A DNA stretch of 60,631 nt, the filler included, from Basidiobolus ranarum (taxonomy: Eukaryota), in the NCBI GenBank assembly GCA_040143965.1. It is 10 parts of 10 records of this genome, joined end to end, with 100 filler letters (N's around TTAATTAATTAA, not from the genome) between each part and the next. Parts side by side here need not be neighbours in the genome. Positions count along the whole stretch, not along the records: positions 1 to 5,992 come from JASJQH010001444.1; positions 6,093 to 12,079 come from JASJQH010001445.1; 8 more parts are not named here. One strand, 5' to 3'. The notes below the pieces were generated by a model. The model made no database searches. It was not told the origin of the DNA and saw only the letters and a program-made list of their open reading frames with translations. The translations under genes were made by a program, and so were the position numbers. Shown here piece after piece: positions 1 through 12,179 of the stretch (its first letter is position 1; every line of letters begins with the position of its first letter).

Positions 1-659
1 CTCATTCTTCATTCTCCTTGCTTCTATTAGTAATCAATAAATCTTATCAGCTAAACGAAATTTGATTCATCTACTTGGCATTGTGCCCCACTGTATTTTG
101 CAGGATGACATGGCTATTTAAACGCGATGTACCAATGAAATCGATCCTCGTTTTTGCTGTTTAAGGTAGCGATTTCACTAGTCAGATTGCGATATGCTAT
201 AACTAGTATTTTTTTCCATGCGATACATTGAAGTCAGCATTGTTGGTATTTAACATGCTCGGCAGTGATTTAGGGTTCGCAATATGTTCTGAGCAGGGAG
301 GGTTTTGATGGAGAAGCACTAAACATGCACACCCTCAAGCAGTATCAATGTTGTGAGGAATAACTACGATGGCCTTCGAGGTTACTTTAGTTGACGAACT
401 GTAATTGGGTATTCAGCATTGCTTTTGTATTGAATGGTCTCGAACTGAGATCAAGTTCAAGACAGTGAGCTTGTATAAATGGATGTTCTAAATATACATG
501 CATTCGATAAAATCCTACTCTGCGCACAATGAAGGATAATGCTCAATAACTCATGCACTCGTAAACTGATACAATTCTTAACGGAGCTGTCCGTGAGGCT
601 ATGTATAGGCTTGATCCTTGATCGCTGGTACAGCAAGACCATCATTAATTTAGATATCG

Positions 660-1100
660 CCTTATTGGGTTTTAAAGTCTGAGGGTTTTCTTACCAAATT
701 TGGACCTTGATTTATGCCATTCAATTTCTACCCTGATCTAAGACTCTCGGTTAGACCAGGAATCCTACCAATGCTAAGGTTAAAATGGCTACGTGCAAGA
801 AATCCCATGGTGATTGGTTGTTCATATGAGCACAACCAGAGGTTTAGGAGCAGATGCCAACTGTCCAGGTTCGAAAGCATAAAATAATGATCAATCAAAC
901 TTCCAAATATATTCTTGCCAGTCATCGCCAGTCTCTGTATCACGAGAACCTCGATATGCCTGACTCATGATAAGACCTACTTCATCATTTGCAAACTGTG
1001 TAAGTTTGGGCGTAATCTTGTTCATCAATGACTGTCGCTACCTCGATTATCGCTATATCAGATTGTGATTTCCGTAACAGAGGCAATCCAACATATGGAA
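660..1100 (-). mobile_element. Possible highly decayed non-LTR (L1/Tx1-like) endonuclease remnant
   Basis: Minus-strand translations give, in the expected order, CYGNHN (cf. GDFN), GSLIDHYF (cf. SRIDHIF), CSYEQPI (cf. SDHxPI) and IW*ENP (cf. WKLN). They are broken by stops and frameshifts. Confidence 0.35.
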
Positions 1101-2780
1101 TGGTAATATCACTCTTAATAGTTTAACAGCTTTAGAGTTATTGCAAGAGGAGGTTAGTTTTATGCTATAACATGGACCAGGTAGGCAAGTGATGGATATC
1201 TGTGGCTTATTATTCGGCACACTACTCTTGGCACTAGTGCTCCAATGGATCATTGCATTGGATGCTATTCAGCAAGTGGGAATATCTCAGAATGAGGATA
1301 TCCAGTAGCTCTTCTACAGCATTTCGAGAGTGGTCACTATTATCTCTCCACCTATTAAGAAACCCTTAAGCAGGTCAAGTAACACAAGCTACGTGTAGAG
1401 ACTGATGTCAGATTTAGAACGTGTTTAAAATGTGAATTCCGAATAAGCCAGTATCGAGGCGTAGTGGGTGAACTCCGTTCCGTTGCAAGGTATCTCCTGT
1501 CCAGCTATCCGTCAATAGAGATCAATTCTTTGATAGACGATCGTAAAAATGATACGAAACGGGTAAATCATGGCATAGGCGCCTGATCAAACAATCCTCG
1601 TACATGACAAATAATGGAAGAGGCCTTTTATGGTGCTTGGTGTTTCCTTATAAATAATCATTATTGCGTTCACGTTTGACAGGATGTGTCTCCGGATTGT
1701 ATTGATATACTAATAGACTCCAGACCAGTCTAGCGTTTCTCACAAATGGTGTCTCTCCTCATGGGCTTAGAGGTTAAAGCCTGCATCATGCAAAATGAAA
1801 ATCCCAGTCTTCATCTATGAGTGTTATAAACTGGTTGATTTATTTTTATGATGTGATTCCATGACTCATGTACCACTTGAAATCGTTCAAAAGATCCCAT
1901 AATGTTATCAAATCGATCACTGATACTTCACTTTTGGCACCATTCAACGATGCCATAGAGTGCAGGTTGTGGAGACTATAGCGAACATATGGTTAAGTTC
2001 CAGACGAAGAGTATTACCTTGATCATTGGGAAAATATACTTCAATAATAGTAGAGTCTGCTGTTGCTGCAGCCTTAACGAAGGGACAACAAAAGCCCTCG
2101 ATACATATCAACTTGCCGTAGGTTGTAACAAGATAGTGATGCCGATTTTACCTGGCTCGCCAGTACGTAAAATTCAAGAGTGCATGATCATTTAGGCATT
2201 TTTGATTGGGCTAAGTCACAATGAGGTGATGACAAACAATAAATCAATCATACTGTTGATGAACGGTATAACGCATCATGTCAAACGGACAGTCAACGAT
2301 GGGGACTCGAAGTATTGATATAATGTATGCACTGAGATAACTACATGACCGGCAGTGTGCGTTGCTGCTTTGTCTAAAGAAGAAAAATCAAGACCCATAT
2401 GGGTTCTGAAGTAGTACCAAAAACGAATAGTTCAGCAAAAACAAATTTTACTTGAATATGGGGCTACATTTGTCACAAGACAAAGTCTATATTAAGATAT
2501 CACAGATCAATCATTATACAGCTGTTGAAAAGTTTCAGAATTAAAGGGAAGGTCCCAATTTCGGTTAAGCCCCGAAGATAAGGACTATCTCTCCAATTAA
2601 TTGGCGTTGTTGATGCATATGCACCAACAAGACGTTTGATTGGCTATTCATAGACAGTCCTGTAACAATTGACGCTAAGCTTAGTAAAGTATAAAACCAT
2701 TGATTCGGCTTCATGATCTAATTAACTAACAGTGTAGTTTCTAAAATTCTAAGAATCAGCATTCTATAGATAAGCATACT

Positions 2781-4274
2781 ATGGCCGGCGAGCACCTTGC
2801 GAATCTAAATGAATCTAAACTTACAAAGTGGCATCTCCGCGCGATTATTGTGGCTGGAGTCGGTTTCTTCACTGATGCCTATGATATCTTCATCATCAAC
2901 TTAGCTGTGCCTATGATGGGCTACGTGTATTATAGCCACAATAACAACAAGGTTCCAAAGCAATACGAAGGTCCTCTGAAGGGTGCCACTGCCTTTGGTA
3001 CCTTGATTGGCCAGCTTCTTTTCGGCTATCTTAGTGACAGGTTGGGTCGAAAGAAGATGTATGGCTCAGAGCTGATCATTATCATTGTCGCAACTTTGTG
3101 CTGTGCGTTGGCTGGCTCATGGGCCAAAGGTGTCAATGTTATCGCAATCCTTGGTTTCTGGCGGTTTATTCTTGGGATCGGGATCGGAGGGGACTACCCA
3201 GTATCAGCGGTCATCACTTCTGAGTTTGCATCGACTAATCGTCGTGGTATGATGATTGCAGCCGTGTTCGCCTCGCAAGGAATTGGAATCTTGGTGGCAG
3301 CCATTTTCACGGTGATCGTCCTGGCGATATTCCAAGGAGCTATCCGTGAAGACCAATACAACCTGGACTATGTGTGGAGATTGATGCTTGGATTTGGGTG
3401 TGTCCCAGCCATTTTCACGGTTTACTTTCGTCTGACTATGCCCGAATCACCTCGATATACAGCTGAAGTTAAAGGTGATGTAGCCCAGGCGGCAAGAGAT
3501 CTGGAAGCAGTTTACGGTGAACAAAATAAAGAAACTATCGAGACAGAAAAACATCAGCCTGAGCAACATATTACCTCACTCCCATCAGAGCAACTTTCAT
3601 TTACGCAGCATTTTAGCCAGTGGAAGCACCTAAAGGTCTTGCTTGGTACTTCCCTCTCTTGGTTCTTCTTAGATATTGCCTTCTATGGACTCTCACTGAA
3701 TCAGTCCTATATTTTACAAGCCATCGGATACTCCTCGAAGGGACTATCACCATATGATGCTATGTGGACCGAAGCTGTTGGCAACCTAATCATCTCACTC
3801 ATGGGTACTGTTCCCGGATACTGGTTCACTGTATTCCTGATTGAGCGCATGGGGCGTATTAAGATTCAACTGATGGGCTTTGCTCTGCTCACGGTAATCT
3901 TCGTCATCCTCTCTGCCGGCTTCTATAAGATCAGGGATACCGCTATCGCACTATTTATTGCCTTGTTCACTCTCGCTCAGTTCTTCTTCAACTTTGGTCC
4001 GAACACCACAACATTTGTACTTCCCTCGGAAGTGTTCCCTACTCGGTTCCGGTCCACTGCACATGGGATCTCGGCGGCGTCCGGCAAACTCGGGGCCATT
4101 ATCGCCACATTTGGGTTCAATCAGTTGGTGGAGATTGGGGGTAAAGATGGGGATCACGCATTCCTCCCACAAACGCTAGGGATATTTGCGGCCATTATGT
4201 TTCTAGGATTTCTAAGCACATTCTGGATCCCAGAAACCAAAGGCAAGTCTTTGGAAGAAATCTCTGGAGAGTAA
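2781..4274 (+). CDS. PHO84: High-affinity phosphate:H+ symporter (MFS, PHS family), 497 aa, intronless
   Basis: Motifs GVGFFTDAYD, DRLGRKKMYG, GIGIGGDYPVSA, WFFLDIAFYG, NFGPNTTTF, PTRFRSTAHGISAASGKLGA and PETKGKSLEE; about 12 hydrophobic segments. Confidence 0.95.
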   Translation: MAGEHLANLNESKLTKWHLRAIIVAGVGFFTDAYDIFIINLAVPMMGYVYYSHNNNKVPKQYEGPLKGATAFGTLIGQLLFGYLSDRLGRKKMYGSELIIIIVATLCCALAGSWAKGVNVIAILGFWRFILGIGIGGDYPVSAVITSEFASTNRRGMMIAAVFASQGIGILVAAIFTVIVLAIFQGAIREDQYNLDYVWRLMLGFGCVPAIFTVYFRLTMPESPRYTAEVKGDVAQAARDLEAVYGEQNKETIETEKHQPEQHITSLPSEQLSFTQHFSQWKHLKVLLGTSLSWFFLDIAFYGLSLNQSYILQAIGYSSKGLSPYDAMWTEAVGNLIISLMGTVPGYWFTVFLIERMGRIKIQLMGFALLTVIFVILSAGFYKIRDTAIALFIALFTLAQFFFNFGPNTTTFVLPSEVFPTRFRSTAHGISAASGKLGAIIATFGFNQLVEIGGKDGDHAFLPQTLGIFAAIMFLGFLSTFWIPETKGKSLEEISGE

Positions 4275-5618
4275 ATAGTATATTCATCACACATTTAGCT
4301 CTTTATGTATTCATATCGACAACAATTTTGTACAGACGAATAGTTTGATAAGTTCTACGAAAATTGGATAGTCACGATGGAGTTTTTTCATAAGGTTTTA
4401 GTTTGTTCGCTCAGTATCCAGTAGGAAAATCCTACTGGGTCAATTTCCACCCGATTTACCAGTTTCATACCTCAATTTCCATTAGGTTACTAGATCAAGA
4501 TAACTGTAACACTGAATAAAATACATTTGAATGAATTCCTCGTTGTTACCACTTGATATATCTCTACTTGCGATTGTAGAACGATGTCTTGGAGGTGGAT
4601 TTACTCCCACATCAGGCACTGATCTGCGTATGTGCCGGGAATTTTGATGTACGCCTGCATGTATCCAGGTGATCAACCAAAGAGAAGGATATGAGCCCTA
4701 TTACATGTTGACATGTAGGAACTTAGTTATGTATTCGCCTGTAGTATATGTATTAGACAATTTATGAGACTATTGCTTCTGGGCTAGTTTAGTGCAGAAA
4801 TCAATGACATATCTGTAGTGCAGAATCGTACGGATTGGTTTGAAGATATTTAATTGCTTCGTTCAAGTGTTAATTTTATGCATGTTAAGATAGCATGATA
4901 TTTTATGGTGAAGTGCTCTCGATCAATTAGCGTGGAGTTAGTGTGAGGATATGCACTAACAGGCGTAATATTTGTTGCAAGGTTCTAACTATCCTAAATT
5001 TGATCGCAGGGTTGGGTGGAGACAGCGCACTAAGTGGTGTCACTTTTATTCAGGTGTAAATGCAATATACCTACTGGACTAAAAGTTGCAAGGGGAAAAG
5101 TATGAAGAGGTTTGGACTTCATTGGATGTATTTTCAATCTAGATATTGAGATATTTGGGATAATAATCTTGTAGCATACTCTGAGATTTTCTTGTATTGT
5201 TATCTAGCATGGGAGCAGATTTGGGAAAGAAGCAGAGGGCCGCTTCTTGATCAAGTGGTAACTACAGACAATTTATATATAACCTGTCTTGCAAGGAATT
5301 TGTATCATCGTATCAGATTGGTACCAAGAGAGTTTGGTTATTGCTCGGATTAGATTGCTATAGAAATATACTGTCAAGAGGTGACTCTCTGCTCCTTCCT
5401 CAGGTTTGCAGTTATTGGAAACTTGTATTTGACATTCAGGTACCAACTACCTAATATGGAAGATCCGCAATAGGCCTGCCTCTAGAGATCATATCATGAT
5501 TCTATATGTATAGATATCAAGGATAGCAGAGTCAGGTATAGATTAGGGACTGGCTAGGTTTGATACTAGAGTATACGGACTGGTAGCTCAGTGATTCGAA
5601 CAACTTACTAGAGTTGAG

Positions 5619-5975
5619 TGTGTGAGTATTTGGGAGCCTGTTGGAAGTGGTTTGGAGAATTAGCTAAATTGGTGGTTTTCATATATTGATTTATTGAGTA
5701 TTCAGTTGACATTTATAGCTTTGTCAGGATGTAAACAAACTAACGTGTAGAATGTGTTAAGGAAGGTCCCAGAAGCATGTGTGCAGAGTTTGGGGCTTCT
5801 AGCACAAGTTTGAAAAATATATATATCTGGGAACTTGTAAGTTGGTAAAAATATTCCAAGTAAATTCTGACTGAGAATAGTGGGTAATATCATGGTTCAA
5901 TACAGGATAACTAAATACTAAGCTATATATGACTATATAGGTGTTTAGGCAATGCTAATTTCAACACTCTCCCTC
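5619..5975 (-). mobile_element. Copia LTR family A (348 bp, 5619-5966) plus polypurine tract; 3' LTR of an element broken by the contig end
   Basis: TG...CA termini. On the minus strand it reads GAGGGAGAG (PPT) then TGTTGAAATTAGCATT. Homologous to 17789-18136 and to 38145-38492, which follows a copia RNase H. Confidence 0.88.
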
Positions 5976-5992
5976 AACTAAATAGTCATATA

Positions 5993-6092
5993 NNNNNNNN
6001 NNNNNNNNNNNNNNNNNNNNNNNNNNNNNNNNNNNNTTAATTAATTAANNNNNNNNNNNNNNNNNNNNNNNNNNNNNNNNNNNNNNNNNNNN
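5993..6092. other. Artificial contig linker N44-TTAATTAATTAA-N44 (also at 12080-12179, 18165-18264, 24247-24346, 30325-30424, 36391-36490, 42455-42554, 48516-48615, 54576-54675)
   Basis: Nine identical 100-bp spacers with a six-frame stop core; the intervening contigs decrease monotonically in size. Confidence 0.99.
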
Positions 6093-6436
6093 AAGTATTT
6101 GGGAGCCTGTTGGAAGTGGTTTGGAGAATTAGAGGAATTGGTGGTTTTCACTTATTGATTTATTGAATAAAAAGTTGACATTTATAGTTTTGTCAAGATG
6201 TAAGCAAAATAACATATAGAATATGTTAAAGAAGGTCCTAGGAACATGTGTGCAAAGCTTGGGGCTTCTAGCACAAGTTTGAAAAAATCTAAATATCTGA
6301 GAACTTCTAAGTTGGTGTCAATATTCTAAGTAAATTCCTTATGAGAATAATTGATAATATCTTAGTGAGTTATAAGAAAACTAAGTACTAAGCTATATAT
6401 GACTATATAGGTGCTTAGGCAATGCTAATTTCAACA
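6093..6436 (-). mobile_element. Copia LTR family A copy (solo LTR or 5' LTR), clipped by the contig start
   Basis: Homologous to 5619-5966. Ends in TTTCAACA but is followed by unrelated flank rather than the PPT. Confidence 0.85.
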
Positions 6437-6859
6437 AAAACCACTAATTCATATCAGTTCACTTCTAAAGTACTTTAACATATAGTAATTTCCTGAGAAT
6501 TATTGAAGTGAGAGATGGTAATCCCAAAATCCCAAATATTATTCCAAGAACTTGATTGAGATTCGAATTTCTTTTCCATTGGTATTTTAAAAGAAATATA
6601 AATTATACATATCAATTGATACTAATGTCAAATCAATCCAATATATTGATAATAGAAAATATTCCCGAATAATCAGATGGTATTAGATAGATTCATTCAT
6701 TTATGTATTAATATGGAAATTTAATTGGTTATTGGTTGGTCATCATTGAAACGAATAATGATTTATGATTTAAATTGAATGTGAATTTCATATGAATTTA
6801 TGAAAATTGAATTGAATCATCATCACTTGGGTTAGGGTTAAGCTAGGTATTAAGGTTTT

Positions 6860-6890
6860 GGGTTGTGGGTTGTGGGTTATGGGTTATGGG
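6860..6890 (+). repeat. GGGTT(G/A)T heptamer array with five GGG tracts; G-quadruplex-capable
   Basis: gggttgtgggttgtgggttatgggttatggg; preceded by gggttagggtta at about 6829. Confidence 0.8.
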
Positions 6891-7220
6891 TTATGGTTAC
6901 GATTATGGTAAAGGTAATGGATAATTCGGTTGGTATCGGTAAGGAATCTCGGTACTTCATTTGATGTTTAATAGTCACAATAGAAATAGAATAAACAATA
7001 ATGATTTCCATGGTAAAGATTAATTAAAAAAAGTACAATGACTTTCGGGATCCTATGGAACATATATTAAACACTAACTACCACTCAGTAACTCATAACC
7101 GACACACCTACCCCTCCATATCCTTACTCATACTCATACTCATACCCATACCATAACCATTATCATAACTTTTACCATAACCACACTCATAACCTTGTAA
7201 CTAGGAAATTTTACTTACAG

Positions 7221-9216
7221 ATGCCTTCGTTAACTCTGGCTAATGTTGAAGATAAAGCACGAGTGAAACGTTGCGTAGGTTCAGGAACAAATGTAGTGGA
7301 TATTATTTCTTAGAACACTTTTCTTTTTCACTCAGACTTTAACCAAACTCCCCAACGATATTTTTGTTGACAGAAAATTTTAACCGCTACGGTAGCAGAA
7401 CTCTATATTGCTTCTGAAGGGGAACAAAGATGGGCAGTAACTGGAAAATGTGGTGCTTTAGCACTAGTAAGAGACCAACTGTTGGATAAATTTCATTTTC
7501 GACTAGTTGGTTTAAAGGTATATTGATATTGGGATATATATGGCCTTGGGTTATTTATTGAAGGGTTTTTAGAGTGAAGAAGGTGTCATCTGGGAGATGG
7601 AACTTGAAAAGAACTTTGAATATTCTATGGAACGACCATACTTTCACACTTTTATGTTTGAGGTGGTTATTTCCATTTCTTCTCTACCTTTCTCTTACAG
7701 TAGCTAACTTTGAATACGATATTGGTTTATGGGTATTTAGGGACAATTATCAGCGTTTTCGTTTGCAGATGAACATGAAGCGAATGTCTTTTATCAAAAA
7801 GTACTTTCACGAGAGAGACTAGGAGCACGACAAAAGTTAAAGAGTAAGTTATTTAAAGTATTTTTCTTCTCTTTTCCTCTCCTCTTCTCTCCTTTCTTCT
7901 CTTCTTTTTTTCTCTCCTCTCTTCTCTTCCAAATAAATGAATAACTAAAGAGAAATTCCCTTTAGAAACTAGATCACTTCATGAAAAACCACCTTCTATA
8001 TTACCTGAAGTCACTGGTTCTTTCTTGAATTATTGTCCTGGATTCATCTTTTCTCTAAGTAATCCAGTTTCTTTGGCCGCTCTTATCACTGGTCCAACTA
8101 AACCAAAGTTTGATAAATCTATGATTGGTACTCCGTCGGATTTCAGGTATGTTACCATGGCATCGTGGTGAGTGATTGAGTGAATGGATACTGACTTGAG
8201 TTCTATAGACATCTTGGACACATTGGATTCAATCCAGAACTAGGGTTTGACGCAAGTAGAATTTATTTCAAAGTTACCCAAGTCGATAAACATTTAACAC
8301 CATCTCCATCTCCACCCCATCCACTTACTTAGGTACAAAATGTGGATCCAGAATGGACACGATTATTTGATGAATTAGGAAAATATGGATTAACCATGGA
8401 TAGACTTGACACTAAACAAACCCGTCGATTTATTTATGACTTTGTGGAAGCTCATGGTGGTCCTAATGGTGAGAATGGTGAGGTGGAGGTTCTTACTGAA
8501 ACCCTTCCATCTCCACCTGCTTCACCATTACCCGCCTCTATCGTTATTACTGATTCCTCTGATGTTGTTCCACCACCACCTCCTCCCCCACCACCACCCC
8601 TGCCCATATCTTCACCCGCACCCGCACTCACTCCCACATCCTCACCTGCCCCAGCATCCGAACCATCTTTAGATTCCAATGCAGTGAAACCATTAACGGC
8701 CATTCCACAACGTCTAACTGGAGTCAGAAACACAGTATCTTCATCCGATCTTCTAAGTAGTATTCGAGATAAGGGAGGAATCAAAGGGTTACGACATGTA
8801 TCCATTCAGAAGAGTGAAGTAAGAGGAACAGCCTCTGATCCTAACTTAAGGGACAGTTTACTATCTCATATACGTAAAGCTGGTGGAGTATCTTCATTAC
8901 GTAAAGTAAGTATTCTTGGATTCTATTGTAGTGCAGTGCAGTGCAGTGCGGTGCGGTGTATTGATTCAAACTTCATCTGGTTCCTTTAGGTTGATAGAAC
9001 TAAATTACGTCGACCTCCAATTCAAAATAGAGGTGAATTGGCTGAAGCATTAGCGAGTGCTTTATCTCAACGTAGTAGAGTACTTGCATTTAGTGGTATA
9101 CTTTATGTTATTCACTTGAATTTTCACCTACATCTTTTCCCTTATTCATGCATTGATATTATGATGTAGATTCGGAAGCAGAACCTGATGAGAGTGAAGA
9201 ATCTGATTGGGATTAA
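7221..9216 (+). CDS. WSP1: WASP-family Arp2/3 activator (WH1-CRIB/GBD-proline-rich-WH2x2-central-acidic), about 9 exons
   Basis: Exons about 7221-7292, 7374-7517, 7573-7662, 7741-7843, 7966-8146, 8209-8251, 8333-8905, 8990-9095, 9170-9216. WH1 (KILTATVAELYIA, PYFHTF, FSFADEHEA), CRIB (IGTPSDFRHLGHIG), poly-Pro, two WH2 motifs (LLSSIR..LRHV, LLSHIR..LRKV) and an acidic tail ESEESDWD*. Confidence 0.93.
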
Positions 9217-9632
9217 ATGGAATAGCGAAAGGGGGCTTAAAATGGTGGTTATCATTTTCATACAATATCTAATCTTTCTAATTACCCCGCACCCCTCCAT
9301 ACCTCCTACCCTCTACTCCATTCCCCTCATATCTGTAATATACTCCAGGTGGTTTCTTTTTTCACATTCAGCTCTTACTTTTATCATTCTACCTATACCT
9401 ATACCGTTACTTTAACCTTAACCTTAACCCTAACCCTGGACCAAATCTCATATTCCAACATTTGAAAGAACAATAAACACTTCCCACCTCCCATTCAATA
9501 TTATCATAAACCATTTCATTTACATTTATCTAACATAGTATATGACTCGACTTTAAAAGGGATTTTTTAATGGGTGAAAGTATGTAAATATAAAGGTAAA
9601 TGAATCATTAAAATATTCATGATTTAAATTGA

Positions 9633-9692
9633 TTGGATTTATTGAATTTATATTATCTAGATTGGATTTATTGAATTTATATTATCTAGATT
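9633..9692. repeat. Tandem duplication of about 30 bp
   Basis: ttggattt(t)attgaatttatattatctaga occurs twice in succession. Confidence 0.75.
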
Positions 9693-10127
9693 AAATTTCA
9701 TGGATATTTGACATCTTTTTTCCATTCCCATTCCCATTCATTCAATGGTTTATCCATGGAACTCATTTATCCACATTAAATTGAACGAAATTAGGAAATC
9801 ATATATACATACAATAGAAATAGAAATAGATATGGATGTGGATGTGGATAGGAACTAAACTGATTCCGGATAAAATGGAACTTCTTTTATAGGTAATAAC
9901 GATTCCTGGACTAAAGAAGTGGGAAAAAGAGAAGAATTTAATGGATGAAAGATTTACAAGGAAATAGAGCCATATCATGAATGCTTCATTCTGTTAATGG
10001 TGTGAATTGGTATTAGATGAGAAAGGGAGGGGAAGGTGGGTGAATATAGGTCTAATAAGTAAACCTCCACTTTACATCAAGTGGAAGACATCATAAGAAG
10101 GGTGAGTGAGAGAGGGAGAGGGAAAGA

Positions 10128-11813
10128 CTACTCATAACCAAGTTCTCTCTTTGACGGGGCCAAATCCAATCTTTCAAATCGATTTTTATCAAAGTATCTA
10201 GCGGTAACTTTTCTACCAGCAAAGAATCTTCCATTTAATTCTTTGAATGCTCGTTTAGCGGAGGTTAAATTCTCGAATTGTATAAAGATACGAACTGCCT
10301 CTTCTTTAGCTACTTGTTGTGTGTTAACTTCAAAGATTAAACATCTTTCTACTTTGCCAAATTTCCCGCATTCTTCCGCTGTTTCCTCTTGTAACGTATC
10401 GTCTACCTCGCCAGGACCGACCTTTCGAAATGCTTAACGTTAGTACCAAAGTATAAGGATTACTATGGGGGTGAGGTGAGGATGAGAGTAAGAATGAATG
10501 ATATGAAGGAAAGGGTATCGACCATATTCGTTAAAAGTACGACGGTGGATGGACGCTCCAACTCCGACTCGGGCTTCAATTCGGGGACCGGGATGGGGAC
10601 AGGGTCCGCTACTAGAATAATAGAATCCACCATTAGAAAATGATATGTGATTGTTCACTTGGCTCGGTCTACTTGGTTAGGATTAAGGATAGGTACCTTG
10701 ATTGGTCGCGGTATTTAGAATAATTCCAAAACCAGGTGCTACTCTTTCCACAGTTAAAGGTGTATTGATTCCTTGAGCGTATTTACCAAGACCTTGACCT
10801 TCACTCCAACCATATTGCTTTAGCATCTTCTTGGCAAACTGTTCACCAGATCCCTGAGAATGTCTGATTCACAATCGATTAGTACTAGTGGATAGGAATG
10901 TCCCTTGGAATCAATCCGAAATTCACTTACTCTTCCTGTTGTGGAGTTATGACCGGTGGATTCTGCGAGAGTTTGGCTCTTTGTAGATAAGCTTCCTCTC
11001 CACTCAATTTCAAGTTAACATTGGCAGGGGAGGGTTTAGGGGGAGTATAGTGATGGACAGATGATTTCTCATTCAACTCGTTATTCTCTAAAAATCATGA
11101 AAATCCAGTGAATAAAGTAAGATCCAAGGAATGTTTGTTCTATTGAATCTAGATGATGTGTATGTCTACCTCTTTCCTCTTCGCTTGAACCCACACTTGC
11201 TTGGCGGGGTTTTTTCCTCTCCAATTTCCATTTCTCATAGTCGTTTGGTACTTGAGGGTCATATTCGTCTTCCCAAGAATTTCCAAATCTTTTCTTAAAA
11301 TTCTTTTTCTATTTCAAGTGATTGTATATCAGTCACTGGAGGGTGGTATGAAGACCTCAATTCGTGAAGCAAATATATAAGCTAGAAAGCCTACCTGATG
11401 ATATTCCGACTGACTCCAAGTACCCACAGTATTGACCGAGGTATTTTCCACGGGTTGACGAACTTTGGAGGCGATAGTGAGTGGTTTGAATAAAGGTGTA
11501 CTAGTGGTGAGGGTAGAGTTAGGGGTGGGGGTACTAGTGGTCACGCTTGGTTCGGATTTGGCAACGACAGCGGTAGAGCTCGTCAGGACACTACCTACAC
11601 TTCTAGTTGGTTTGACTTTGTTTACAGGAGGTCTACGTATGACCGGTTGTAGAAATCTAGGGGTCCAGCCTTTTGACGGAAGTTGAAGTGAGCAAGTAAT
11701 GGGAGTGGTTACTTTACGAGAAATACTTTACCATTTTCAGGCTTGGTGTTAGCTACAATGGGTTTACTCTCCTCATTGGTAGCTGGTGCTGGTAGATCAT
11801 CATATAGAGACAT
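10128..11813 (-). CDS. SPF45: Splicing factor 45 (SPF45/RBM17; G-patch + UHM/RRM), multi-exon
   Basis: N-terminus MSLYDDLP; SPF45 motif EDEYDPQVPNDYE; G-patch FAKKMLKQYGWSEGQGLGKYAQGINTPL; UHM VGPGEVDDTLQEETAEECGKFG...LNGRFFAGRKV. Confidence 0.92.
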
Positions 11814-12179
11814 GGCAGTTGTGAAGAGTTAGTGAGTCCAACAAAATCGAGTTAGAGGAATGATAATAGATGGATACAAATACAAATTGGGAAACTATTG
11901 GTTCTGATTTAATAATGGATTGATTCATTTATTAGTAGTTCAAGTGCAGATTTTTCATTGATGAAATGATTGGTCTTGACACACACACACACACACATAC
12001 ACACCACATTCACGCTTACAGGACCATTAATTCTTTCGAACTGGGTCAAAGTACGGATGATCCATGGCCTCTTGTGCAGNNNNNNNNNNNNNNNNNNNNN
12101 NNNNNNNNNNNNNNNNNNNNNNNTTAATTAATTAANNNNNNNNNNNNNNNNNNNNNNNNNNNNNNNNNNNNNNNNNNNN

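Noticed and set aside
1671-1676. CACGTT Pho4-like site upstream of PHO84
   Set aside because: A single hexamer 1.1 kb upstream is expected by chance.
5619-6436. Two adjacent LTRs looking like one short element or a tandem LTR pair
   Set aside because: They lie on different contigs either side of a linker and differ substantially in sequence.
6829-9437. True telomere
   Set aside because: Only about two perfect TTAGGG/CCCTAA units at each site, internal to the contig and degenerate.
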